DNA of 64,000 nucleotides from Narcine bancroftii (lineage: Eukaryota): contig NC_091469.1 of assembly GCF_036971445.1 (NCBI RefSeq), positions 422,778,001 through 422,842,000 of the forward strand, written 5' to 3'. Under the pieces are notes generated by a model. The model worked only from the letters and a program-made list of their open reading frames with translations, made no database searches and was not told where the DNA came from. Shown here one piece after another: positions 1 through 13,496 of this stretch. Position numbers and translations under genes: made by a program. Each line of letters begins with the position of its first letter. Positions within the stretch are counted from its first letter, which is position 1.

Positions 1-433
1 GTTTCCATTGTCTTCTGTGGTCTCTTCTTGCTGCAGGTGTTCTGCAGCTGAGGTTGCCGGCTGTGGAGATCAACTCCCCAGCTGGTCCCCCCTCCCGTCG
101 GTGTGTTTTTTTTCATGCGCGGTTGCGCACTTTTACTCGGCTCTGTGAGCCATTGTTGTAGTTTTTCTACCGACCTGAGGTAGTGGGCTCCTCTCTCCAC
201 AGTGGGCCTCTTCGGACAGGTAAGGCCTTCACCTTTTTCCTCCGTTGTCTTCTCTTCCTCTCTTCTTTCCGTTGATTTTGATTTTTCTCCTTTTGTCTCC
301 ATCTTCATTCCACCTTTATACTCACTTTTCTTTAACTTGTATTTCTGTGCCTTTGTATTTTCTCTTGTTTTTCCCGACTTTTCTGGAGAGGGCTGGAGTT
401 CACCGTCCGGCCACTACTCCATCACGTGACTCC
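1..433 (-). mobile_element. 5' end (5'UTR/start of ORF1 region) of an L1-clade LINE, running off the window
   Basis: The minus strand starts GGAGTCACGTGATGGAGTAGTGG..., then an A-rich, Lys/Glu-coding-like stretch. It resembles the putative L1 5' ends at about 13500 and 31555. Confidence 0.5.
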
Positions 434-459
434 TCCAACTTTTGTTTTTCTTGAAGAAT

Positions 460-1194
460 ATTGGACGGATATGTGCCATGATAGTGTTACTAAATTGACG
501 AATGCACAGAATGGAATGGTTAATTATAATTTTTTACATCAGTAATATTTAACTCCTGATAAATTGAAAAAATATGGTTTCAGTAATTCAGATTCCTGTT
601 TTAGATGTGGTACATGTGTTGGAACCTTTCTACATTCTGTTTGGTCCTGTGTGTATGTACAACCATTTTGGAAAGAAATTAAGTTAATTTTGGAAAAATT
701 GTATAAGTTTAAGTTACCATTAGATCCATCCATTTTTTAAAATGGGTTATATGATTCCTTTAAAGGGATTAGGGTTGGATAAATTTCAAATTGCATTTGT
801 ATATTTAGCAGTGTCCGTAGCTCGAAAATGGGTAGCAAGTACATGGAAAGATAATAGTGATTAACATAATGAAATGAAAGCTTGTATTGTTAAGGAAAAA
901 ATTACATATGTTCTGCATGATAATTATTTGTTTGTTATTAAGTGGTTACCATATTTGGAGCATATGCATTTAGATGTACTTTGATCTATTATATTTTTAG
1001 TTTGCTTATATATTTTTGGCTCTCCTTAAGAGAGCTGGCTGATGGGGTGGGAGAGGACTTAAATTTGATTTTAAATTTTTTTTAAATTATTTTTTCTTTT
1101 GAATTGTTTTTATATATATTTATACAAAAATGTTGTTATTGACTCTATCCTGTACTATTACTAATGATTTTTCAAATAAAGTTTAAAAAAGAAA
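460..1194 (+). mobile_element. L1-clade LINE 3' fragment (ORF2 C-terminal Cys-rich region + 3'UTR + A tail)
   Basis: Encodes YLTPDKLKKYGFSNSDSCFRCGTCVGTFLHSVWSC (CCHC-like, zf-RVT region). A G-rich 3'UTR, AATAAA at 1175-1180 and an A-rich tail follow. Confidence 0.8.
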
Positions 1195-3240
1195 TTGGTA
1201 ATATTTCACTTTTATCCCAATTCACTTGATATCCTGACAGTTCACCATACTGTTCTAAACATTCTTGCAAATAAATTAAAGATCATTCCAAATTAATTAA
1301 ATATATCAAAATATCAGCAGCAAATAAGTTAATCTCATGTTCATCATCTGCTATCCTTATACCTTTAATTTTCTCATTCTGCCTTAATTGCTTGAGCTAA
1401 TGTTTTGATGACCAACGCAAATAGAGCTGGCAACAAGGGACAACCTTGACGAGTTGAACGCGACAATTTAAATAACAGAGGTTTGACCATTTGTCGCCAC
1501 CCTCGCAACTGATTATATGCCTTTACCTAACCAAAAAAGGGTCCAAACTTATATTTCTCCAAGACTTTAAATAAAAAATTCTATTCAACCTGATCAAAAG
1601 CTTTTTCAGCATCTAGAACAACTACCATTGGTAGGTTGAGTTGTTGACGTGATACATTGATCAGTGAAATCACTCTTAATATTATTATTGGAAGCATACC
1701 TATTTTTAATAAAACCAACCTGATCTACATGTACCAATTGAGGTAAATACTTAGCAAGTCTATTTGCCAATAATTTCACTATTATTTTATAATCTGCATT
1801 CAATAAAGAAATTGGCCGATATAAAGCTACATTGAAAGGGTCTGTCTTTTTTTTGGTATAACCGTTATTATTGCACTCAAACATGAATCTGATAAAGCTT
1901 GTTCTTGCATTACCTGCGGAAGAATGTCCATAGAGGAGACAAATCATCATAAAAAACTTTATAAAATTCAACAGTAAACCCATCATCTCCAGGAGGCTTC
2001 CCATTAGGCATTTGTTGAATAAATATCCTTTATCTCTAAATCCATAAAAGGAGAATCCAATTTCCTCATCATCTTTCCCTAATATTGGCAAATTTAAATC
2101 CTACAAAAAAAATTCAATAGAACCATCATCTTGAACTCCCTCAGCACTATACAATTTCTGATAAAGATAAAAATTGGTCATTAATTTCCTGAGGTTTAAA
2201 AGTAACTTAGTTATCTTTCCTCACAGCATTAATAGTTCTTGATGCTTGTTCTGTTTTCAATTGCCACACTAGAACTTTATGAGCTCTATCCCCTAACTAA
2301 TAACATTGCTTAACTCTTGGAATCAAATGTTCATATCGATATGTTTGTAATGTTATATCATAGCTTCAATTTAGTTAAAACTGCTTTATTATCTAACCCT
2401 AACCCTCTGCCAAAAATTTTTCTTTTGATGCATAACTAATAATTCGACAACGTAAAAACACCTTCAAAGCATCCCATGAAGTAAAATTACTCTGAACTGT
2501 ATTCCTATTCAAATCCAGAAAAGAAGCAATTTGATCCTTAATAAATTTTATAAAATTCAGGTTTTTTCAATAGCATTGCATTAAACCTCCACCAAAAAGT
2601 TGATTGAGTAACTTCTGGCCAAACACAAGAAATAAATAACAATGAATGGTCAGAAATTATTCTACTCTTATATTCAACTTGAGTAAACAGAGATTGCAAA
2701 TGTGCTGATGCCAAAAAAAATCAATCCTTGAAAATGAATCATGACGCAAAGAATAAAATGAAAAATGTTTCTCAATAGGATTTAACCTTCTCCAAACCTC
2801 TATCAAATTTAAATCTTTCATCAAAGAAACCAATTGGACCGCTGCTTTTGATTTTTTCCAAAGTTTTCAGAGATTTATCCAATAATGGATCTAATACACA
2901 ATTGAAATTTCCACCAATCAAAATATTTTCTTTAGCTTGATTCAGAGTTAAGAAAGCTTCAGACACAAATTCATCGTCGTCAACATTAGGCGCAAACACA
3001 TTCAACAAAGATCATGACTTGGCAAACAATTTACAATTAATCATTAAAATTCAACCAGCTGTTTCCAACGAGGATTAGAGTTCAAATTGTATTTTCTTAT
3101 GAATCAAAATCGCCACTCCTCGTGCTTTAGAATTAAAAGATTAAATTAAATGACTAACCCACTCTCTTCGATTTTAAATGTTCTTTTTTGGTTAAGCGAG
3201 TTTCCTGCAAAAAAAAAAAGCAATTATCTACTTTCATCTT
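1195..3240 (-). mobile_element. Decayed L1-clade ORF2 (APE endonuclease + reverse transcriptase)
   Basis: ORF fragments LNVFAPNVDD...GGNFNCVLDP (endonuclease) and [22 protein letters not shown]...[10 protein letters not shown] (RT). Many frameshifts. Confidence 0.85.
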
Positions 3241-4663
3241 TGTGGTGGAAGACCCCATGCTGGGGCACAGCGGCATTGAAACGTGGCTCTAGGATGGTGG
3301 GGAACTCACAGAGAATGTCAGCGAATTCATTTCAGGCAGTGGCTACGGTGGCAATTTCTGGCCTGCAGGTGTCTGCTGTGTCCAGTCGTGTGGAGTGGAA
3401 TGTTTAAGCATTGACCAGTCTATTGCCCTTCACATCGACCAGGAGACCGTGAGCCCTCAAGATGTCTACCCCCAAGAGCCCAGTGCCCACGGAGGCTAGG
3501 ACTAACCTCCAGTGGAACTTCTCCCCCCTCCCTATCTGGATCTGTGCCAAAGGTCCTGATGGTGGAACTGTTGGTTGCCCTAAGGGTTGGACCGCAAAAA
3601 TCGAGTCAGAGTCTCTAATGCGGAGGGGGGGGGGGGTGGGGAAGGGAAGAGGACACTCAGCTCAGCCCATCTCCACCAGGAATCAGCGGACAGTGGACCT
3701 GTCTGTCACATAAAAGAGATTGTTTGTGCGGCTAGCCATCGCAGCCATTAACGGCAGCTGGCCTGGTAGTTTCCCTGAAACCCACAGCGTTGGCGGCACT
3801 TATGGACTTGTGCTCCCAAGTGCTAGTGGTAGAAGCACCAGGGTAACTGGCCCTCCTCTGGCTTGGTCTTGGGGGTGGTCTGCTAGTTCCCAGACCCAGG
3901 GGGCATCTGCACGGGCTGCTGCCTTTCTCGGGTCTGAGAAGTCCTCATGCGTAAGGTGCAGCCGAATGTCCTCTGGCATTTGCTCTCGGAATATTTGGTG
4001 GAAGAGAAAACAAGGCTTGTGGTCTTCTGCCAGGGCCAGCATCTCATCCTTCAGCACCAAAGAACTACGGTCTCCAAGCCCATCCAGGTGTAGGAGCCTG
4101 GAAGCCAGTTGCTGGGGGATGAGCCCAAAAGTTCCCAGCAGCAGATTTTTAAGGGCGGTGTACTTGCCCACAGCTGGGGGGGGGGGGGTGGTGGAGGATG
4201 TTGTCCACCCTTGGCACCGTATCTTGGTCCAGAGCGCTCATGACATGGTAAAACATTATGGCCTCTGTGGAGATGTTGCGGAGTTGAAACTGTGCTTCTG
4301 CCTGCCTGAATCACTTTCTCGGTTGGTGTGTCCAAAAGGGGGAAGCTTGATGGAGACAGCATTAAGCTCTGCCGTCTGGGCTTGTCGGGGTCACCACTGT
4401 GGCAGTGTAAGCAGTGAGAGAGACACAACCACCACCTTGAGGCTCGTAAATGATTGGTTTTTATTCAAATTCATCACATCCCTTTAAACAGCATGAGCTC
4501 AGTCACCTGGTGCATTGTGATGTCATAATCGCTGCCCAGGGTGCACACTGGAAGGGATGCTGGAGTCAGAGAGAAACCTCTGACGACGCCATTTCCCCAT
4601 GGCTGCCCTGCCACGTGGTGATACAAGTGGGGCTGGTTCGCCATGAGGATGTGCGCCGCCTCA
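3241..4663 (-). mobile_element. Truncated Ty3/Gypsy LTR retrotransposon: 5' LTR (4398-4663), tRNA-Trp PBS (4384-4396), gag-like and aspartic-protease remnants
   Basis: The LTR has TGAGGC...GCCACA termini and AATAAA (minus, 4460-4465). TGGTGACCCCGAC immediately follows it and is complementary to the tRNA-Trp 3' end. Gag-like ORF 3800-4171 (LLHLDGLGDR...LKDEMLAL...FREQMPEDIR). Protease-type segment LLGVDILRAHGLLVDVK. Confidence 0.8.
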
Positions 4664-5707
4664 ATTCCATGGTTATTTCCTGAGATGGACTTTCCAGGAA
4701 GCTTTACAGATCTTCATCTCAATATGGTGACTACCATTTAAACTAAAAAAAATGGAATTAATATTTGTCTAAGGGAATAGAAGAACCTGGGAGTACAAAA
4801 GGATCACATTTAATAATTCTATCATTCACTGAAAATGTCATTGCATTGCAGAAATGTACAAAGGCAAAGGCTATTCAGTTCATTGTGTCCATTATGACAA
4901 ACTCACTGTCCCAATGTCTGTATTCAGATAACCTGCCCAAATATACATTTAGATCCATTTTAAATGTGGTTTTCCTCTAACACCCTACCCCTTTCAAGTA
5001 GTGAGTTTCATATTCTATTTATGCACTGGAACAAAAAAGAATCCTCCTTCCACTGCTGGTCTTAGCCATTTCTTTAATTGCAGCCTCCTTTGTTTTTTCA
5101 ACTGAGCAACTAAAGAAAATGTTCAATGTAGTTTTCACAAATTTTATGCAGGTACATCTGAAATGCATTCCCACTGCTGCTCCCATTCCAAATAAAAGAG
5201 TCCAATTTTTACTCAGTTAATATTTTCCTGATGTATCAACATCCTTGTAAATTTCTCTGCATCTTCTTCACCTTAATCATTTTTTTTTATATAAATCACC
5301 AGAAATACATGCAGAACTCAAACAATTGGCAATTCAATAAACCTCCAGAGTCTTAAGGTAGTCAAACTAAGGCTTCTCAAAGAGAATTTGAAGCCCAAAT
5401 TATGACAGACGAAAAGCAGAAAAGTGGATTGGGGTAGGGATGATGGAAATAGACAGGAAAGAATCAGCATGGAGAATGAAAAAAAGCATATGTTCAAAAT
5501 GCAGCTTTGAAAAAAACAAGAAAAATTAGGTTATAGTCAAGAGATGGAACGTACACAAACCTAATTGCAGAACATTGATCAAAAACACTTAGACAACACA
5601 ATATGCACTCTTTATTTCCCCCACCCCCACATAAAGTGGCAACATAAACTGTTGCTCCATGGGTATACAAATACTGGATCAACAATTGTATCAAACGCAG
5701 TGTAAAC

Positions 5708-6030
5708 AAGTATAGGAGCCTTACATTAAATACAATAGCGAAAACCTACCGGGGACAAACATTACCCAAGTTGATGGAAGGAGAAGGAAAGAAAAGAATG
5801 GACTCAGTAGAATTTCTGGTGTATTTTTGTTGAATGACAACATTGTCTGACTGGCTTAATGCAACCTAGATTGTATACCTAAAATGGATGAGAGGGGGGG
5901 GTGGGGGGGTGGCTTGGGAGGAGGGAGGGGGGGAGAAAAAGTCACTGTATATGTGTGAAAAAGAAATAGTGTATATCATGGCTAATGTGATTTATGGTGT
6001 GAAAAATTAAAAAAAGAAAAAAAGAAAGAA
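5708..6030 (+). mobile_element. 5'-truncated LINE (L1-like) insertion with 15-bp target-site duplication
   Basis: AAACGCAGTGTAAAC occurs at both 5693-5707 and 6031-6045. The insert ends in a G-rich tract and an A-rich tail. Confidence 0.8.
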
Positions 6031-6385
6031 AAACGCAGTGTAAACTCAATAGCAAGCAGCCTTTGATTGGAGTTCACCTGTACAGAATTGAAAAAACAAA
6101 CATGCTACAAGATGCGGCATCTTGAAGACCAAGGTTGTTCAGGCAATAATGTTAGTGGAGTTGTCTAGTTAACAAAGAAACGGACAATAAGGAGAGAACA
6201 AAACATGGAATTGAGTGGTGACCAAGAAAGATAGCTGAGAAAGTGTGTTCCATTGTTTTCTCCAACTATCTTTGATCATGCCAGAAATGTCTTATGATCG
6301 CACAAAGAGGTCCAATTATTACCTCCTGACACCATTAAAATGCATGCAATAAATCTGAAATTTGCATTTGAAAAGACAAAATAGT

Positions 6386-6391
6386 TTTATT
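6386..6391 (-). promoter_or_regulatory. CBX3: Candidate CBX3 polyadenylation signal (AATAAA, overlapping ATTAAA)
   Basis: TTTATT on the plus strand, about 950 nt past the CBX3 stop, at the end of an AT-rich, repeat-free stretch. Confidence 0.5.
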
Positions 6392-7336
6392 TAATGTTTT
6401 TTTTTCAGCAGATAACAAGAAATAAAGAACCAAGGAAATACATATACAAGTACTCAAAGAAAAACAATAAAATCTGAATTTATAAATAAGAATAGTTCAG
6501 GTTTAAAAATTAACCCATGTTTCAAACCTGGTCAGAATTCCTTAAATTGAGTAGTTTGCAGCATCAGCTCAGCATTTGAGCAGAAGTTGAGCTGATTGGT
6601 TATTTCAAAATCACGTTTCATATATACAAACTGAGGGCTTTGAATAGTTTTAACACACATGTTGAATGGCATTTAGGAACATAACCAAGTATTCAAGTTT
6701 CAATTCAGCAGTTGCATTACAACAGCAGACTCATTGAATTTGTATTCTTGATCAGTTTCACAATTCGAACCATTCCTAAAGCAAAGTGAGCTCCGATTCC
6801 ACAGAAATAGTGCACGTCAAGTTATATTTTAAAAATCACACATCTACGAATACCAATGAAACTTTATCACAATGACTTCAGAAAACTGATATTTAAGAAT
6901 TAAAATAGCCAGAATAATTTGCTGAGACAGATACTGCAAGTTGGAAGTGATCCCTTGAAAAGCTTTATATTATTGTTCCTACTTGCAGGTTAGTTTTTAA
7001 AACAAAAAGACAATGTAAGCAAATAGATACACAAAAAAATTTGATAACATGGTGAAATGAGTTTAACCTCAAATCTTCAAGATGGATATCAAGCTTGTGA
7101 TATGCACAAAGTTTTTTGGGTAAACATCAATAAAATGAGAAGTACATTTGATATTTGCACATTTAGTCAATGTATTCCAATGTTCCGGGTTCAAATCACT
7201 TGCAGTCAATGGGCAAAAAACAAATTGAATTTTAAACTTCAAGCGCAGATTTTATAAACTTGGGCAAAAACAGTACTTCTGAACAACAGACTCAAAATTT
7301 CTCCACAATATCCTTCAGTTATAATGCACCCTGCAG

Positions 7337-7477
<141 letters not shown>

Positions 7478-8499
7478 TCAAATGAGAAATGTTTACACCA
7501 TGTTTAGCTGCATAAACATTCTGAAGACAAACTTTTGAAAGCAAACTTTAATTACATACATTCAGCAGAAGTAATGTTATAACCAAAGTGAAAATACTGC
7601 AAACCAAACTGAGATCCACATTAAACATACAAGATTATTTTGTTGCTGGCTACAAAACTGCTTGTCAGTCGATGGATAGTTTAAATAGGCAATTGTTTTG
7701 CACTTGCTCACTAAAATCCCACGTTTTAATGTACAAATAAAATCTATATTGTAAAATCCAATATTCCTCAAAACTGTTTCCCAAAATAATATTTGCCAAT
7801 TAAAATTTAACCACAACATTGCCAATTTAAAAAAGGTCAAAACAGAAAGGAAAGTACTGAAAATGGAAATCTGAGTATCAAATATACTTAAACCATTCAA
7901 CAACCAAGCAGATATGTGAAAAGAAGTTTCATTTTATTTCTCAGTTCTGAAGTGTTTTCTCAGGGATAAATTGAACCCACTGCAACCAAACAGTAGATGC
8001 ATGTTTTTTCTCTCTCCCAAAGAATGACCACAGGCTTCTGGCCATTGGTCAATTAATTTTCTAAGCCACACTAACCTCTGTTCTTGGTTGTTAGAATATT
8101 CCATTGAAAATTAATTTAATTTAACATTAGTGAAATTTCATGTAATAGTTAATGTTGATTCAACTCAGTACTTCTCTGTGGCCTGTCATCTCAAATGATG
8201 ATTCTGTTACTCCCATTTGCAGATCTTTAGGACCTTCATGAAGTCCCACTCAATGCAATTAAAAAAAGGACTGGACTTCCTCAGGAAGATGCTCATCACC
8301 ACCTCACTGTAACTTTGAGATAAACCAATGCTCATACCCCACAAAATAAATAAAAACATCTTATTACTGCTATCAATGGGTTTGCACTCTCAAATTCTTG
8401 GTCACTTAATCATTCTACCATTCAGCAGATCAAATTTATTCCCTCTCCTTACTTTCTATCAATTTTCCCAGCAACAATAATACTAATATTAAGAAAATA

Positions 8500-8670
8500 T
8501 GTACAAGCCCGGATTTTTAAAAACGTAATCAAGAGCAAAGGAGTTAAGGGTTATGGGGATAAGGCTGGAAAGGGGTACTGATAGTAGTGATCAGCCATGA
8601 TCTGTAAAATGGCGGTGCTGGCTCGACGGGCCGTAGGGCCTACTCCAGCTCCTATTGTCTATTGTCATAG
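8500..8670 (+). mobile_element. CR1-type LINE 3' tail fragment
   Basis: AAGGGTTATGGGG...GATCAGCCATGAT...AATGGCGG...GGCTCGA.GGGCC...GGCCTACTCC tail, similar to the CR1 3' end at 17440-17570. Confidence 0.7.
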
Positions 8671-11600
8671 TAGGCCATCTAAACTCTCAAAGCTGTTCTG
8701 CCATTTAACAAGATTCCAAGTGATCAGATTGCAATCACATTCCCATATCCTCCTGGTAACCTTTCACCTGCTTCTCAATAATCCCCAGTGCCTTTGAGGA
8801 AGAATTCAAGACAAGTTGTGTGTATTTATCATTCATACCCTAGCCATTGCAGTGCATAGTGAAAACAAGATAGCGTTTCTCTGAACTGTGGAGCTGGTTA
8901 TTTACATGGCTAAATTACAACAAACTTTTTATATATATATCTAATAAATATATCACATACCTCTGTGTACCCAGAGTCCAGAATTCCAGACTCAACTCTC
9001 AAAATAAACTCCTTAAAATGTTCAATTCCTTCCTGGTTTAGATTTTTTTCATAAAAGGAAACTTCAAGTCTTATCAGGATCTTCTCTTAACAAGATTTCC
9101 TCTCCCTCCCCCAATTGCCACAGAAAAATATCAATCCTTTCCTCAAGAAAAACTTCACCATTCCAGGTGCTACTTCTGTGAACTTCTATATTCTTCTGAT
9201 ATAAACGCATGAATTAGCAGAAATAGATTACTCCTCCCTCCCTTCAAGTTTGCTCTGCCATTCACCAAGGTAGATCAGGCCACATCGAATTATAACCTAA
9301 TCTACCCACAATAACTTTTCATCTTCTCGATAATTTACCTTCCCATTAAAAAAAATTCAGATTCTATCTCCCTCCTTCACTCTTTGAGGATTTCAGATAC
9401 TCCACACTGAGGGTAAAAGCTTTTTCCACACTCACATTTTTTAAAACCCCATTTTCCCCTCCTCCCTACCAAGACCTGATTTCCTCCCATCACATTTCCA
9501 TTCTCCAGAATACAAGGCCACCTTTCTTTGTAAGACAACCAAGCATTCTAGTAATCAATCATGTGGATCTTTCCTGAATTGCTTCCAATGCCTTAAATAA
9601 GGAGATTAATATTGTAGCTAGCAATCGAAACATGGTCTCACCATTGCCCATCAAAACTCCTCTACTTTGGTACTCAATTTCCCCAAGCAATAAATTGTAC
9701 CATTGTTAGTTCCCCTTATTACATACTCTATCTCAGAGCACTGCAATCTCTTACTATTTCCATATTTCACCTGTCAAAATAACAATTTCACAACTTTCAT
9801 ATTATACTCTAAATTTCTTAAACCAAATTAGCAAAGATCTGTTTGCATCCCTTTTTAATTTCTAGGTCAGTTTCTGACTTCTCTTTATGCCTTAAGAGTT
9901 TATCATAAATTTGGCAAATATGGGTATTTGAACTCTGGCTTTTTCCCCCAGGAAAGAAAATACATTATAGATGGCAAAAAAAGTCTTTTGTGTGGCCATG
10001 ATTTTTTAAAAATCCTACACCATTTGAGGTTCAGATCTGGAATTCGGGTTGCCGATGGCTTGAACTGGAGACTGCAGAGGCAAATCTAGACACTAAGTGT
10101 CTCTGAAGGGACTCTTTTACTTCCTCTTTCTCCTATTGATAGGGGTACTGGGCAATGGTCATTAACTTTTGACTCACGTAAGCCAAATAAATTATTACCT
10201 GACAAAAATATTTAAACCTATTTACATTCAGTCAACCCCTTGACCTGCCATTTCCATTCTCAAAGCCATATCCAACCAGTATTATTTCCTGTTTGCATCA
10301 AGTTGGATCAGGGTAATCCAAATGCTTTTCAACCATCAACCACCTGCACTCAACTGGGTTGGACCACACCTACAGTTATTTGGTTCCATTCCCGTTTATC
10401 TATTTATAAATTAATTTGCAATGACTTTTTTCCGATGCCCACCCCTGCATCTGTAGTCCAAGTGTCTACCTCTGATGTGGTCCTAACTACTTTGTCTTTT
10501 TACCAAACCTTTGTATCCCAATTTCACTATTTCTAAACTAACATTATGCAACAGAAAACAGAAAGTTTCTCTGACCAAATCTAAGACAAATTAAAACCAC
10601 AGTTTTCAATCACTGCAACAAAATCCTAAGCCAGTAGCCCTGTCCTTAACACAAGGAATTATCGGGTACAGAAGTTGTTCATAATAGTTTTCTCTCAAAT
10701 TGAGATCTACGGTCTTCCAAAGACACCCATTTCCTTCTCCATAATGGAGGTCACAGCTCAGCTAATCCCACAATTCTCAACATTTGTTATATTTATCAAA
10801 ACTATTCTAATATATTTCTGGCTGACCTCAATTAACCCATGAATGGAGATCAGTCGGCAGTGCATTCGAATAATCACTATTGGCTGCAATTCAAAAATGT
10901 GATATCCATGTTCTAACTCATTAATCAATGGTCTCCGCTAGTTGAGGTAAATTTTACATCCTTGTTTTCATTGTGATCATTGCCTTCACCATTTCCAATT
11001 TCATGCATCCACATAGTTGTATAGTTTCACAAAGGTAATCATTCAAGTAATCCACCAATTTCATTCTTACACTGGACTATAACTAGAACATGAAGCCTTA
11101 CAGCTTTCATCTCAACCTGACAAACAATTTCCTACCTAATACTGTAGGCTATAATATTTTGGACCCATCATGCCAAAGTCATAGTGAAGAAAGAATATCA
11201 GCACCTCTACTCCCTCATGAGTTTGGAGGTTCGGTTTGTCATTGGAAATGTACATGGATGTGCAGTGGAAAGTATGCTAACTGCTGCATCGCATTGGGGG
11301 GCAGGGGGGTGAAGGGGAGGAGGGAGTACCAATACCTCTGAGCCGAAAGCTCTATATGAGGTTGTGGTCAGTGCCCAGTACACAACAGGTTCATCAAACA
11401 CTTAGACCCAGAAGAGCCAGCGAAGAGACCAAGACCAGTCCTGGTGAGCCTTTTAAGCCATTGAGAACGGGAGATAATTCTGGGAGCAGCATATGATTAA
11501 GCAGAATAATGGCCCGCCTGAGGTTAATCATGAAAAAGCACTAATTTTTTTTTCAAGATTTTAGCACGGCATTGATTAAACAAAGAATTTGAAGATGGAA

Positions 11601-11905
11601 AGACAGTACTAGTAATCTGTGCCAGAAATTTTCCCAAATCCTCCCAAAAGTTCAAACTTTAGAACATGACCAAGTAGAACCAAGAAGGTTCTTATTTCAT
11701 CACATCTAAAACATGTATCTGATAAATCCAATTTAATTTTTTACAATTGCTGAGGTGTGAAATATAATTGTATTGAATTAAACTATACCTAACATTGATA
11801 GCATGTCATACAGTCATGACAAAGTTCTGCCTATCTTTTCTCAATCATAATATTCAAATCAACTTCCCATTTCTGTCTTGATATACGAACTCCTTTTTGA
11901 TAGGA

Positions 11906-12298
11906 CAGTACAATTCCGATTATCCAAAATTGTCAGCACTGGGCCCATTTCAGATAAACGTTCCCTTCCCCCCACCCCCCCAACCCCTCAGAGAACCGGT
12001 CAGCAACAGCCAATCACTTGTCACAGTGTTTAAACAACAACAAACGGTAAGGCTTTTTAAACCATTAAAATAATGTTTAATTCCCACCAAAAAAAAAAAT
12101 GCTGGCCACCGTCGATCAACATGATCCCACTGAGGCCCCACTCATGCCAGGAGATCGAGGGTCTTGCTCCTGTCCGTGAGACCTAGGTCCACTGTTGGTG
12201 CTGTGGTAGCCAAGGTCCCCGGTCAGTTTGGCTCTGAAAAAATTTCGGATAACTGATGATTTCAGAGAATCCAATTTCAGATTATCAGAGTTGTACTG
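11906..12298. mobile_element. Tigger/pogo-like MITE
   Basis: Terminal inverted repeats CAGTACAATTCCGATTATC / GATTATCAGAGTTGTACTG, with TA after the right end. Confidence 0.6.
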
Positions 12299-12559
12299 TA
12301 CCTGCTTGCAGTTAAAGATACTTTGCAGAGTTTCTTAGTATATCTTTTCCTAATAAGCAACTCCAACTCACTACAAGCCGGTAAGTGCATAGTTGGACTT
12401 AATTTTTCCTGCAAACATCCTATCTACTGTAAATAGCAAAAAAGTGTATTTTGCAAAATTCCATATTTATTTCTTAGTTGTTGAAATGGCATCAATTGAC
12501 CTTTTTCAAAACAATCCTCTACATTTTTAATACTATTGTGAAATAAAATATTCATAAAT

Positions 12560-13490
12560 TGATATCTATAGTAAAAGGAACAAGATTATTTTGAAAGATG
12601 TTTTGGGCGAGATGCTGTCCTTTAATCCAAATTAATTATTTTGCTTGTTCCAAATATTAATCATATGTTTAAACAAAGATGCTTCATTTGCACCCATTAT
12701 TAATTTTGAATCCCATTTATGAATAAATTCATCTGCTAAATTCTCTCCAATTTTATTTTAACCCATGATGGTTTTCTCGGTCCCTCAAATAAAGAATTAA
12801 TAAATCTAAAATGGGTCACCTGGTAATAATTCTCAAAATTAGGGAGTTGCAAACCTCCCAATTCACATTTCCATGTTAGTTTTTCTATAGATACTCTTGA
12901 CATTTTTCCTTTCCAAAGATATCTTCTAATATATTTATTTAAATCTTAAAAAAAAATTTGTGGCAATGATAATTGCAGTTTTAAAAAGATACTGTACCCA
13001 CAGAAAAAATATTCCTCTTAACACAATTTACCCTACCAATGTTATTAGAAGGTAATCCATTTTTTAAAATCCTCCAACTTTTTTTAACAGTGATAAATAA
13101 TTCAATTCATACAAATTATTTAATTATTATCTATCCGAATTCCCAAAAATTTAATTGCCTCTCTGGCCATTGAAATAGAATATTCCTTGGATGGAGTATA
13201 ATCTCCTCGTGCAAAGTGCATAACTTCCCTTTTATGCCAATTTACCTTATTACCTGAAATCTTGCCATATTCTTCCAAATTTCAATGCAATTTACGTAAC
13301 GAGGCATCTGGTTCAGTCAAATAAATCAAGACGTCATCTGCAAATTGACTTATATTCCTCTTGACCAACCTTAAACCCCTTTATTTTTACATCACTCCTA
13401 ATTTCCTCAGCCAATGGCTCTATAGCTAAAATAAACAGAGCTAGAGATAAAGGACAACCTTGTCTACTAGATCTCACCAAACATTTGTCC
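12560..13490 (-). mobile_element. L1-clade ORF2 fragment (RT region with FADD-like motif and downstream)
   Basis: The reverse complement reads ...SRQGCPLSLALFILAIEPLAEEI... and ...FADDVLIYL...; decayed. Confidence 0.75.
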
Positions 13491-13496
13491 ATTAGT

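Noticed and set aside
3720-4487. 255-aa plus-strand ORF
   Set aside because: Antisense shadow of the Gypsy gag region.
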